DNA from: Myxococcota bacterium | GTDB taxonomy: Bacteria; Myxococcota_A; UBA9160; JAFDDA01 | Direction: 5' to 3' | Assembly: GCA_965228475.1 (NCBI GenBank) | Contig: OZ245817.1 | Location: 896,001 to 960,000, forward strand | Length of the DNA: 64,000 nt | In this document: positions 56,650-64,000 of the stretch, piece by piece | Layout of the letters: the number at the start of each line of letters is the position of its first letter | Position numbering within the stretch: the first letter of the stretch is position 1 | The notes under the pieces: generated by a model | What the model saw: only the letters and a program-made list of their open reading frames with translations | What the model was told of the DNA's origin: nothing | The model's database searches: none | Program-made: the position numbers and the translations under genes

Positions 56650-57891
56650 TTACTCCGTGCGCGGAGGCTCGCCTTCCGCGATCTTCGCGATCTGGGCGAG
56701 CTTCTCCTCGCTCGGGCGGTGTGCGCCCGTGAGAGGGACGATCGCGCCCGGCAACGACCAGACGAGCTGGACGAGGCGGATGGCGACGCCCAGGAAGAGC
56801 ACCTGGGAGAAGTTGCCGTACGTCCCGCGGAAGAAGACCTGGAGCGTGGCGTCGAGGGTCCCGAGCCCCTGGTAGGAGACCGGGATCGCCGCCACCAGGA
56901 GCCCCAGCGAGAGGTAGACGAGGTAGTCCGGGTACGCGGCGAACCCGCCGCGCATGCCGAGGCCGAGCCCGGCCAGCATGAACGCCGTGACCGCGAGCCC
57001 CTGCAGCAGCACCGAGAGCGCGAGCGCGGCGCCGAGCAGGCGCGGGTGGCCGCGCATGCGGTGCACGGCGGCGTCGATGCGCGCGAGCTGGGCGCCGAAG
57101 GGCAGCTTCGGAAGCCAGTCGTCGACCCGCAGGCGGGCCCGGGCGCGCCGCGAGAACGCGACGAAGACGCCGGCGAGGAGCCCCACGTTCAGCAGCGCGA
57201 TCCACGGCACCCAGATCCGGATCTTCGGGTCGTCGATGCGCAGCAGCATCACGAGCAGGGTGATCACGACCAGCCCGACCATGCCGACGGCGCGGTCGAG
57301 CAGCACGGTGGTGACGGCTTCGGTCTTGCGGTCCGTGTGGGTCGAGACGTAGTAGGCCTTGAAGACGTCGCCCCCGGTGCTCCCGAGCGCCACGAAGTTC
57401 AGGAAGTTCCCGGCGTAGACGAGCTTCATGGACTCCCAGAGGGAGAGCGAGATGTCCTGGGCCTGCACGATCCAGCGGAAGCGGATCGACTGCAGGAAAG
57501 GCACCGGCGCGAAGCACAGGAGCGAGAGCCAGATCCAGCGCGGCTCCGCACTGCGTGCGGCCGTCGTGAGGCCGACCGCGATGCGGAGGTTGCCGTCCTC
57601 GTCCCGGGCCACCCGCGAGAGCGGGAGCGGGGCGCTCTCGCCCTCGATCTCGATGAAGAGCTCGCTCGCGGCGGCCGGGTCCTCGAGCCGCGGGTCGTCC
57701 TTGATCTCGGCCCAGTTCGTGACCCGCAGCTCGCGGCCGTCGTCGAGCGTGGCCCAATCGTCGAGGCTCACGCTGCGCAGGATGAGCAGCATGATGCCGA
57801 CGCCGACCACCGTCCGGACGACGATCCCGAGAATCTTCTTGTTTCGGGGATTCAAAGCGCGTGTGGGGTCCGGATGCTCACGGCGCGGCAT
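56650..57891 (-). CDS. Lysylphosphatidylglycerol-synthase-TM / flippase-like protein with acidic insertion
   Basis: GNFLNFV..GSTGGDVFKAY, VLLDRAVG, IPVSYQGLG. Start uncertain (57891 or slightly downstream). Confidence 0.8.
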   Translation of the reverse strand: MPRREHPDPTRALNPRNKKILGIVVRTVVGVGIMLLILRSVSLDDWATLDDGRELRVTNWAEIKDDPRLEDPAAASELFIEIEGESAPLPLSRVARDEDGNLRIAVGLTTAARSAEPRWIWLSLLCFAPVPFLQSIRFRWIVQAQDISLSLWESMKLVYAGNFLNFVALGSTGGDVFKAYYVSTHTDRKTEAVTTVLLDRAVGMVGLVVITLLVMLLRIDDPKIRIWVPWIALLNVGLLAGVFVAFSRRARARLRVDDWLPKLPFGAQLARIDAAVHRMRGHPRLLGAALALSVLLQGLAVTAFMLAGLGLGMRGGFAAYPDYLVYLSLGLLVAAIPVSYQGLGTLDATLQVFFRGTYGNFSQVLFLGVAIRLVQLVWSLPGAIVPLTGAHRPSEEKLAQIAKIAEGEPPRTE

Positions 57892-57904
57892 GCTATCACG
57901 CGGA

Positions 57905-59191
57905 ATGGCCCCGGGCTTCGCATCGGCAGCGGCGGACTTCCGCGCCCTCGAACACCGGGCGGACGGCGGCTTCGCCCCGGCCCGCTTCGGCTACGCCGGG
58001 AGCACGGAAGCGGGCTGGCAGGTCTCGCGCAACGAGGGTGCGCATCTGGCGCTCGGCCCCGGCTACCGGCTGCTGCGGGTGCGCCGCTGCGGCGTGTGCG
58101 CCACGGATCTGGCCCGGCGCTTCCTGCCGTTCCCGCTGCCCCAGGTGATCGGCCACGAGGTGCTCGCCGAGGACGAGGCGGGCGGGCGCTTCGTCGTCGA
58201 GATCAACGCCTCCTGCGTGGCCCGGGGCGTCGCTCCCTGTTCCCGGTGCCGCGAGGGCCTCGGCCACCACTGTCCGGAGCGGCGCGTGCTCGGCATCCAC
58301 GATCTGCTCGGAGGCTTCGGGCCCTTCGTGCTGGCGCCGGTCCGCGCGGTCCATGCCGTTCCGGACGCCCTGCCCGACGACACGGCGACCCTCGTCGAGC
58401 CGTTCGCGGCGGCGCTCCACGCGGCCGGCCGGGCGGATTGGCGGGCGGGGGATCGCGTGGCGGTGCTCGGGCCGCGGCGTCTCGGGATGCTGCTCCTGGC
58501 GGCCCTCGCGGCCGAGCGCGTGCGCCGCGGCATCGACGTGGAGATCGTCGCCTGCGTTCGCCGCGAAGGCCTCGGTCCCCTGGCGCGCGCGATGGGCGCG
58601 GACGAAGTCCTGCTGCTCGAGGGCGATGCTCCGCTTCCCGAGGGCTTCGCCGACGTCGTGTTCGACACGACCGGAACGGCCGAAGGCTTCGCCCGCGCGC
58701 TTCCCGGCGCGCGCCGCGAACTCCACCTGAAGTCGACCCACGGCCGGCCCGCCGGAGGGCTCACGCACCTCACCGAAGCCGTGGTCGACGAGCTTCGCTT
58801 CGAGCGCCTGCGCGGCAGCGAGGCCGGGCTCGAGGACGCCGCCGCCGTGGTGGTGCGCAACGCCGCCGAGGCCGACGCCGCCATCCGGCCCGAGCCGGGC
58901 CGGGAGGAGGCGGCCGTCCCGCCCTGCGGAACGATCCACGTGGACCCGGCGGCGGCGGACGACGACGCGCCGCTGCTGCGCCACGTCGCGGGCCGCGGCC
59001 TCGTGCTCGGAACCTCCCGCTGCGGGGACTTCGCGGCGGCCGTCGCCTGCCTCGTCGCCCACCCTCGGCTCCACGAGCTCGGGCCGCGCCTCGTCACCCA
59101 CCGCTTCGGCCCCGAGGCATTGGCCGAGGCCTTCGCGACCGCCGGCACGCCCGCGGCGCTGAAGGTCGTGGTGGAACACGCGCCTTCGTGA
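57905..59191 (+). CDS. Zn-dependent (MDR) dehydrogenase-like protein, atypical
   Basis: CGVCATD, VIGHE, C...CSRC...HC, LVEPFAAALHA, FDTTG; nucleotide loop reads GPRRLG. Confidence 0.8.
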   Translation: MAPGFASAAADFRALEHRADGGFAPARFGYAGSTEAGWQVSRNEGAHLALGPGYRLLRVRRCGVCATDLARRFLPFPLPQVIGHEVLAEDEAGGRFVVEINASCVARGVAPCSRCREGLGHHCPERRVLGIHDLLGGFGPFVLAPVRAVHAVPDALPDDTATLVEPFAAALHAAGRADWRAGDRVAVLGPRRLGMLLLAALAAERVRRGIDVEIVACVRREGLGPLARAMGADEVLLLEGDAPLPEGFADVVFDTTGTAEGFARALPGARRELHLKSTHGRPAGGLTHLTEAVVDELRFERLRGSEAGLEDAAAVVVRNAAEADAAIRPEPGREEAAVPPCGTIHVDPAAADDDAPLLRHVAGRGLVLGTSRCGDFAAAVACLVAHPRLHELGPRLVTHRFGPEALAEAFATAGTPAALKVVVEHAPS

Positions 59192-59198
59192 CCGTGCT

Positions 59199-59236
59199 AT
59201 CCCGTGGCGGGCATGGACGATCCCGTGGCGGGCATG
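59199..59236. repeat. 17-bp direct repeat (period 21) duplicating the epimerase start codon
   Basis: atcccgtggcgggcatg at 59199-59215 and 59220-59236. Confidence 0.9.
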
Positions 59237-60163
59237 AACGGCCAGCACTTTCTCGTGACCGGCGGCGCGGGTTTCCTCGGCGGCCACCTCGTTCCGGCGC
59301 TCCGGGCCCGGGGCGCTCAGGTGACGATCGCCGATCGCGTCGCCGGGGCGCCGTCGGCCGAGGTCTCCGTGCGGGTCGTCGATCTGCTCGAGGACGACCT
59401 CGAGGATCTCCTCGCCGAAGGCCGCTACGACGGCGTCTTCCATCTGGCCGGCAACGCCGAGGTGCCCCTCTCCGTCGAGCGGCCCGAGCTCGACTTCCGG
59501 CTCAACGCCGGGGTGACGCTTCGGCTGCTCGAGGCCCTGCGCAAGGTCTCGCCCGCGGCGTCCTTCCTGTTGGCTTCGACGGCGGCGATCTACGGTGAAG
59601 CCCTCGATGGCCCGTGCCGGGAGAGCCAGCCCGCGGACCCCGTCGCCCCCTACGGCGCGAGCAAGTGGATGGCCGAGTCCTACACCGAGCTCTACGCGCG
59701 CGAGCACGGTCTGCGCACCCGCCGCGCGCGCATCTTCTCCATGTACGGAGAGGGGCTCCGCAAGCACGTCGTCTACGACCTGATCGCGAAGCTCGCCGCG
59801 AACCCGAAGCGCCTCGAAGTGCTCGGGGACGGCGGCCAGGTCCGCGATTTCCTCTACGTCGAGGACGCCGTGCGCGCGCTGCTCGCGGTCCAGGAGCATT
59901 CGCCGGGGCAGGGGGAGGCGGTGAACGTCGCGAGCGGCGTGCCGCTCACGATTCGTCAGCTCGCCCAGGCCGTGGCGGACGCCTTCGGCGGCTCGCCCGA
60001 GGTCGCGTTCGGTGCGGCGGAGGCGGCGGGCCGCTCGCGCAGTTGGATGGCCGACGTCGGCCGGTTGCGGTCCCTGGGCTTCGCGCCGCGCCACTCGCTC
60101 GAGGACGGGCTCGCCCGGACCGTCGCCTGGTACCGCGAGACCGCGGCGGAAGCGGGCGCCTAG
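59213..60163 (+). CDS. NAD-dependent epimerase/dehydratase (extended SDR)
   Basis: LVTGGAGFLG, FHLAG, STAAIYG, YGASK, RDFLYVED. Start 59213 or 59234. Confidence 0.92.
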   Translation: MDDPVAGMNGQHFLVTGGAGFLGGHLVPALRARGAQVTIADRVAGAPSAEVSVRVVDLLEDDLEDLLAEGRYDGVFHLAGNAEVPLSVERPELDFRLNAGVTLRLLEALRKVSPAASFLLASTAAIYGEALDGPCRESQPADPVAPYGASKWMAESYTELYAREHGLRTRRARIFSMYGEGLRKHVVYDLIAKLAANPKRLEVLGDGGQVRDFLYVEDAVRALLAVQEHSPGQGEAVNVASGVPLTIRQLAQAVADAFGGSPEVAFGAAEAAGRSRSWMADVGRLRSLGFAPRHSLEDGLARTVAWYRETAAEAGA

Positions 60164-60167
60164 CGCC

Positions 60168-60689
60168 TTGAGCGATCGCGTCGTCATCGTCGACTACGAC
60201 CCGGCCTGGCCGGATCGCTTCGAGAGGGCGCGCGACCGCCTGCGCGGGCTCCTGCCGGAGAGCGCCCGCATCGAGCACGTCGGCAGCACCGCGGTGCCCG
60301 GGCTCGCGGCGAAGCCGATCCTCGACCTCCTGGTCGGCGTCGCGCGGCTCGCGGAGTTCGAGGCCTGCCTCGGCGCGCTCGAGAGCGACGGCTGGCACTA
60401 CGTGCCCGAACACGAAGCGGTGTTCCCCGAGCGGCGCTTCCTTGCGAAGCCCGAGGCGCGGCCGCGGACGCACCATCTCCACGCCGTCGAGATCGGCACG
60501 CCTTTCTGGAACGACCACCTGGCCTTCCGCGACCATCTGCGCAGACACGCGTCCGCGGCCGCGGAGTACGCCGCTCTGAAACGAGAGCTCGCGGCGCGGC
60601 ACCGGGACGATCGCCTGGCCTACACCGAAGCGAAGTCCGGGTTCGTCGAGGCGGTTCTCTCCCGCTGCCGCTCGGAGGCGTCCCGCTAG
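60168..60689 (+). CDS. GrpB-family nucleotidyltransferase-fold protein
   Basis: YDPAWP, IEHVGSTAVPGLAAKPILD, HLH, FRDHLR, YTEAKSGFV. TTG start inferred. Confidence 0.9.
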   Translation: MSDRVVIVDYDPAWPDRFERARDRLRGLLPESARIEHVGSTAVPGLAAKPILDLLVGVARLAEFEACLGALESDGWHYVPEHEAVFPERRFLAKPEARPRTHHLHAVEIGTPFWNDHLAFRDHLRRHASAAAEYAALKRELAARHRDDRLAYTEAKSGFVEAVLSRCRSEASR

Positions 60690-60710
60690 CCGGCGCGGTA
60701 TCCTCCCCCC

Positions 60711-61109
60711 ATGGAGCCGAACGTGGTGCTGTTCGACGGCGTGTGCAACTTCTGCAGCGACGCCGTGCGCTTCCTGATCGAGCGCGATCCGGCCGGGCGC
60801 CTGCGCTTCGCCTCGCTCCAGTCCGAGACGGGCCGGGAGGTGCAGGAGCGCTTCGGTCTCGACCCCGACGCCCTCGACACGATGGTCCTCGTCGACGGGG
60901 AACGCGTGCACCTGAAGAGCAGCGCGGCGCTGCGCATCGTCCGCCGCCTGTCCGGGGCCTGGCCCCTGCTCTCGGTCTTCCTGCTCGTCCCGCCGCCGAT
61001 CCGCAACTGGTTCTACGACCGCTTCGCCGAGCGCCGCTATCGCTGGTTCGGCCAGAGCGACGAGTGCCTCGTGCCCACGCCGGAAATCCGCGAGCGGTTC
61101 CTCGCCTAG
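60711..61109 (+). CDS. DCC1-like thiol-disulfide oxidoreductase (DUF393)
   Basis: LFDGVCNFC, FASLQS, RYRWFG. Confidence 0.92.
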   Translation: MEPNVVLFDGVCNFCSDAVRFLIERDPAGRLRFASLQSETGREVQERFGLDPDALDTMVLVDGERVHLKSSAALRIVRRLSGAWPLLSVFLLVPPPIRNWFYDRFAERRYRWFGQSDECLVPTPEIRERFLA

Positions 61110-61115
61110 CGCCGC

Positions 61116-61571
61116 ATGAGCGAGGGCCGCCCCGTCGAGATCCGGCTCCTCGGCGCACGCGACGCCTCCGTCCTCGACCTCGTGGCCGAGGAGGTCTTCG
61201 ATGACCCGATCGCGCCGGCCTCCCTCGCGGAATTCCTTTCGGACCCGCGGCACCACCTCGCCGTGGGCCTCGACCGCGGGCTCGTGGTCGGATTCGCCTC
61301 GGGCATCCACTACGTCCACCCGGACAAGCCGGCCGAGCTCTTCATCCACGAGGTCGGCGTGGCGCCGTCCCACCGGCGTCAGGGCCTCGCGAAGCGGCTG
61401 GTCGAGCGGCTGCTCCGCCGCGGCGAGGAGCTCGGCTGCCGCGAAGCCTGGGTGGCGACCGAGGCCGGCAACGGCGCGGCGCGGGCGCTCTACGAATCCG
61501 CGGGCGGGACGCCCGACGCCGAGCCCGCGGTGATCTTCAGCTTCCGCCTCGGAGGCGGCGCTTCTCAGTAG
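61116..61571 (+). CDS. GNAT acetyltransferase
   Basis: FIHEVGVAPSHRRQGLA, WVATEAGN..ARALYESAGG. Confidence 0.88.
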   Translation: MSEGRPVEIRLLGARDASVLDLVAEEVFDDPIAPASLAEFLSDPRHHLAVGLDRGLVVGFASGIHYVHPDKPAELFIHEVGVAPSHRRQGLAKRLVERLLRRGEELGCREAWVATEAGNGAARALYESAGGTPDAEPAVIFSFRLGGGASQ

Positions 61572-62512
61572 GCGCCCTGGGCTTCGAAGATCCGGCGCGG
61601 GTTCGCGACCGTCATCGTATCGACGTCCGCCTGGGAGACGCCGCACTCGAGCAGCGCCGGCACGACGTCGTCGGAGATGTGGCGGAAGTTCCAGCGTGGG
61701 GCGACGGTGCTCATGTCGATGCCGGGAAACCAATCGATGTGACAGCACGCGTCGTGCGAGAGCACCATCTGGTTCGCGTAGCCGCGCTTGCAGAGCTCGA
61801 CGATCGTGTCGACGCGCTGCTTCGTCGGCAGGATCATGTCGATGCCGAAGCGGTCCATGCCGATCGTGCTGCCGCGGGTGAGGATCGATTCGAGGTAGCC
61901 GAGGTCCTGGCTGTCGCCGCAGTGGCCGATCACCACGCGGGAGAGGTCGACCCCTTCGCGCTCGAAGACGTCCTGCTGCTTCGGGCCGACGCCGTGTTCG
62001 ACGCTCGTGTGGGTGGAGATCGGCGCGCCGCTCTGCCGGTGCAGGCGCGCGGCGACGGTGAGGAGCTTCTCGTTGATCTCGGTCACGCCGAGGTGGTCGG
62101 TCGCGCACTTGATGATGCCGGCGCGGACGTTCGTGCCCTCGATGCCCTCGGTGAGGTCGCGCAGCAGCCACTCGACCAGCGCGTCGGGCGGCCAGGCGGC
62201 GAGCCAGGGCTCTTCGGACCAGTAGAGCCCCGTCGCGGCGATGATCTGCATCTGCGCGCGTTCGGCGACCTGGCGGATGATTTCGATGTCGCGCCCGAGG
62301 TTGATCGGCGTGAGGTCGACGATGGTGGTGACGCCGCGTTCCTTTGCCGCGAGGACCTCGGCGGTGGCCTTCTCGACGTGGGCTTCGGGGTCGATCCAAT
62401 CCGGAAAGGCCTTGCGCATGGCCGGGTTCGCGATCAGCACGTGCTCGTGCATGAGCGTGAAACCGAGCTCGCTCGTCTCGATCGGGCCGAGCATGCCGGG
62501 AACGGTCGCCAT
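61565..62512 (-). CDS. Phosphotriesterase-related protein
   Basis: LGFTLMHEHV, IVDLTP..LGRD, IIKCATD, ISTHT, IGHC, LSHDA. Confidence 0.92.
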   Translation of the reverse strand: MATVPGMLGPIETSELGFTLMHEHVLIANPAMRKAFPDWIDPEAHVEKATAEVLAAKERGVTTIVDLTPINLGRDIEIIRQVAERAQMQIIAATGLYWSEEPWLAAWPPDALVEWLLRDLTEGIEGTNVRAGIIKCATDHLGVTEINEKLLTVAARLHRQSGAPISTHTSVEHGVGPKQQDVFEREGVDLSRVVIGHCGDSQDLGYLESILTRGSTIGMDRFGIDMILPTKQRVDTIVELCKRGYANQMVLSHDACCHIDWFPGIDMSTVAPRWNFRHISDDVVPALLECGVSQADVDTMTVANPRRIFEAQGAY

Positions 62513-62553
62513 GGGAACCTCCTCCCGGCCCTTATATCACGCGCCCCCGCCGA

Positions 62554-63396
62554 TCAGATGCACCCTTCGTGTTCGCGGCCGCGAACGAGGGTGTAGGGGC
62601 GGCTCGCGAGGATCGGGTGGCCATCCGCGAGGTACCGGCAACGGGCGCTCGCGAAGTGGGCCAGGATCATGCGCCGGAAGCCTTCGGTCCGGTTGCGCCC
62701 GGAGCCGTGCAGCAGGTACGGGTGAAACAGGATCGTGTCGCCCGGCTCCATCTCGACGTGGACGCGCTCCTCGCGTTCGGCCGCGTCGGTCTTCGCGCCG
62801 AAGTAGCCCATGTTCAACCACTCCCACTCGGGGTTCTCGTGGGCCAGGAGCCCGGCGTGGTGGCTTCCGGGCACGACCACGAGGCAGCCGTTCTCGCGCG
62901 TGCAGGGTTCGAGCGCCGTCGAGCTGCCGACCACGGCGTTCGCGGGCCGGAAGGGGAAGTAGAGCATGTCCTGGTGGAGCGGGTGCCGTCCATCCACGCC
63001 GGGCGGCTTGTTGATCAGCATGGTGTGGATCGACTTGATGTCCGGGCCCGTCAGCGGTTCGAGGAGCGAGAGCAGCCGTTCGTTGCGCACGTAGCCGTCG
63101 AAGAGGACCGGGTCGTTGTGGAAGTCCTGGATCTTGGCGATGCCGGCCGCGCGCGAGGCCGGCGTGACGGCGCCCTTGGCGACCATGACGTCGCGCATGA
63201 CGAGCATCCCTTCGGCGGGCTCGGTCTCGCCCTCGACGATGGCGGCGAAGCGTTCGCGCCACGGGGCGACCTCGGCCGCATCGAACAGGCCGCGCAGCAC
63301 CAGGTAGCCGCGGGTCTCGTATTCCTCGAGCTGCTCGGCCGAGAGAGCGGTCGGGGCGGACGGCGCACGGGAGACGGGGGAGGGCAGGGAACTCAT
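62554..63396 (-). CDS. Phytanoyl-CoA dioxygenase family (2OG-Fe(II))
   Basis: HTMLINKPP, HPLHQD..YFPFRP, NGCLVVVPGSH, GDTILFHP.LLHGSG.N. Confidence 0.92.
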   Translation of the reverse strand: MSSLPSPVSRAPSAPTALSAEQLEEYETRGYLVLRGLFDAAEVAPWRERFAAIVEGETEPAEGMLVMRDVMVAKGAVTPASRAAGIAKIQDFHNDPVLFDGYVRNERLLSLLEPLTGPDIKSIHTMLINKPPGVDGRHPLHQDMLYFPFRPANAVVGSSTALEPCTRENGCLVVVPGSHHAGLLAHENPEWEWLNMGYFGAKTDAAEREERVHVEMEPGDTILFHPYLLHGSGRNRTEGFRRMILAHFASARCRYLADGHPILASRPYTLVRGREHEGCI

Positions 63397-63475
63397 GGCT
63401 GGATTTCCGGCTGGAGTCGGGCGCCCGGCCTTTATACAATAGGAAAAATCGAGAGTCGATCGGAGAATTCAGCCC

Positions 63476-64000
63476 ATGGCCCCGCCCCGCACGACCCTGG
63501 CGATGGTCCAGACCGCTCCCCGCGTGCTCGAGGCCCGGGAGCTGCCCATCCCGGACCTGACCGAGGACACGGCGCTCCTGCGCATCGAGGCCTGCGGCAT
63601 CTGCGGGAGCGACGCCGAGCAGTTCGAGGGCGTCCTGCGAACGCCCATGCCGGCCATCCCCGGGCACGAGCCGCTCGGCATCGTCGAGGCCATCGGCGAG
63701 CGCGCCGCGCGGCGCTGGGGCGTCGACGTCGGCGACCGGGTCGCCGTCGAAACCATGCTGCCCTGCCAGCACTGCGAGGTCTGCCGCTCGGGCGACTACC
63801 ACCTCTGTACGCGGAAGCGCGTCTATTCCTACGTGCCGCTCGATCACGAGCACGGTCTGTTCGGCGCCTACAGCCAGTACCTGGTGCTCGACCCGCGCAG
63901 CATCGTCCATCGCATCGATCCGGCCCTGCCGCCGGAGATCGCGGTGATGTTCAACCCGCTCGGCGCCGGCTACCGCTGGGCGGTGGAGATCCCGGGCACG
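63476..64000 (+). CDS. Zn-binding dehydrogenase, partial (runs off window edge)
   Basis: Not in ORF track. From ATG 63476: MAPPRTTLAMV...ACGICGSD...PGHEPLG...GDRVAVE...CQHCEVC.......C. Confidence 0.88.
   Translation, partial: MAPPRTTLAMVQTAPRVLEARELPIPDLTEDTALLRIEACGICGSDAEQFEGVLRTPMPAIPGHEPLGIVEAIGERAARRWGVDVGDRVAVETMLPCQHCEVCRSGDYHLCTRKRVYSYVPLDHEHGLFGAYSQYLVLDPRSIVHRIDPALPPEIAVMFNPLGAGYRWAVEIPGT

Noticed and set aside
61116..61571. GNAT as an aminoglycoside resistance gene
   Set aside because: Only generic GNAT motifs; no integron or mobile context.

Overview
A very GC-rich, densely packed bacterial chromosomal window with about 60 mostly housekeeping, lipid and redox genes. I saw no rRNA, tRNA, CRISPR array, transposase or phage genes. 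Lipoproteins, MlaA/MlaC-type proteins, PilZ/HDOD proteins and a flagellin indicate a diderm; a Myxococcota/deltaproteobacterial affinity is my inference only. Recognisable modules: type-2 IleRS; a MoaD-AOR-MoeA-MoeA/PBP pyranopterin cluster; nadE; FadR-glpD; DAG kinase-queuosine salvage-permease; mitochondrial-type aconitase; HpnN/HpnM/VacJ lipid trafficking; orphan flagellin; ino1 region. Most notable observations: (1) IleRS has both class-I signature motifs altered (HNGS, KESKS) and a ~110-aa insertion right after the KMSKS loop that looks like a double-psi beta-barrel; (2) eight short tandem duplications sit on or beside start/stop codons; (3) at least 13 genes have a TANNNT -10 box 6-8 nt before the start codon (leaderless), including one back-to-back pair with overlapping boxes; (4) a translationally coupled YqgE / ferritin-like diiron / ABC1-kinase operon; (5) an Fe-S aldo/keto reductase with a Sec-then-Tat topology; (6) an unannotated 34-aa Lys/Arg-rich ORF; (7) sigma28-like promoters shared by four dispersed genes. 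All product calls come from motif recognition by eye, not database searches. Many starts were adjusted from the ORF track using RBS, -10 or stop/start overlap evidence.
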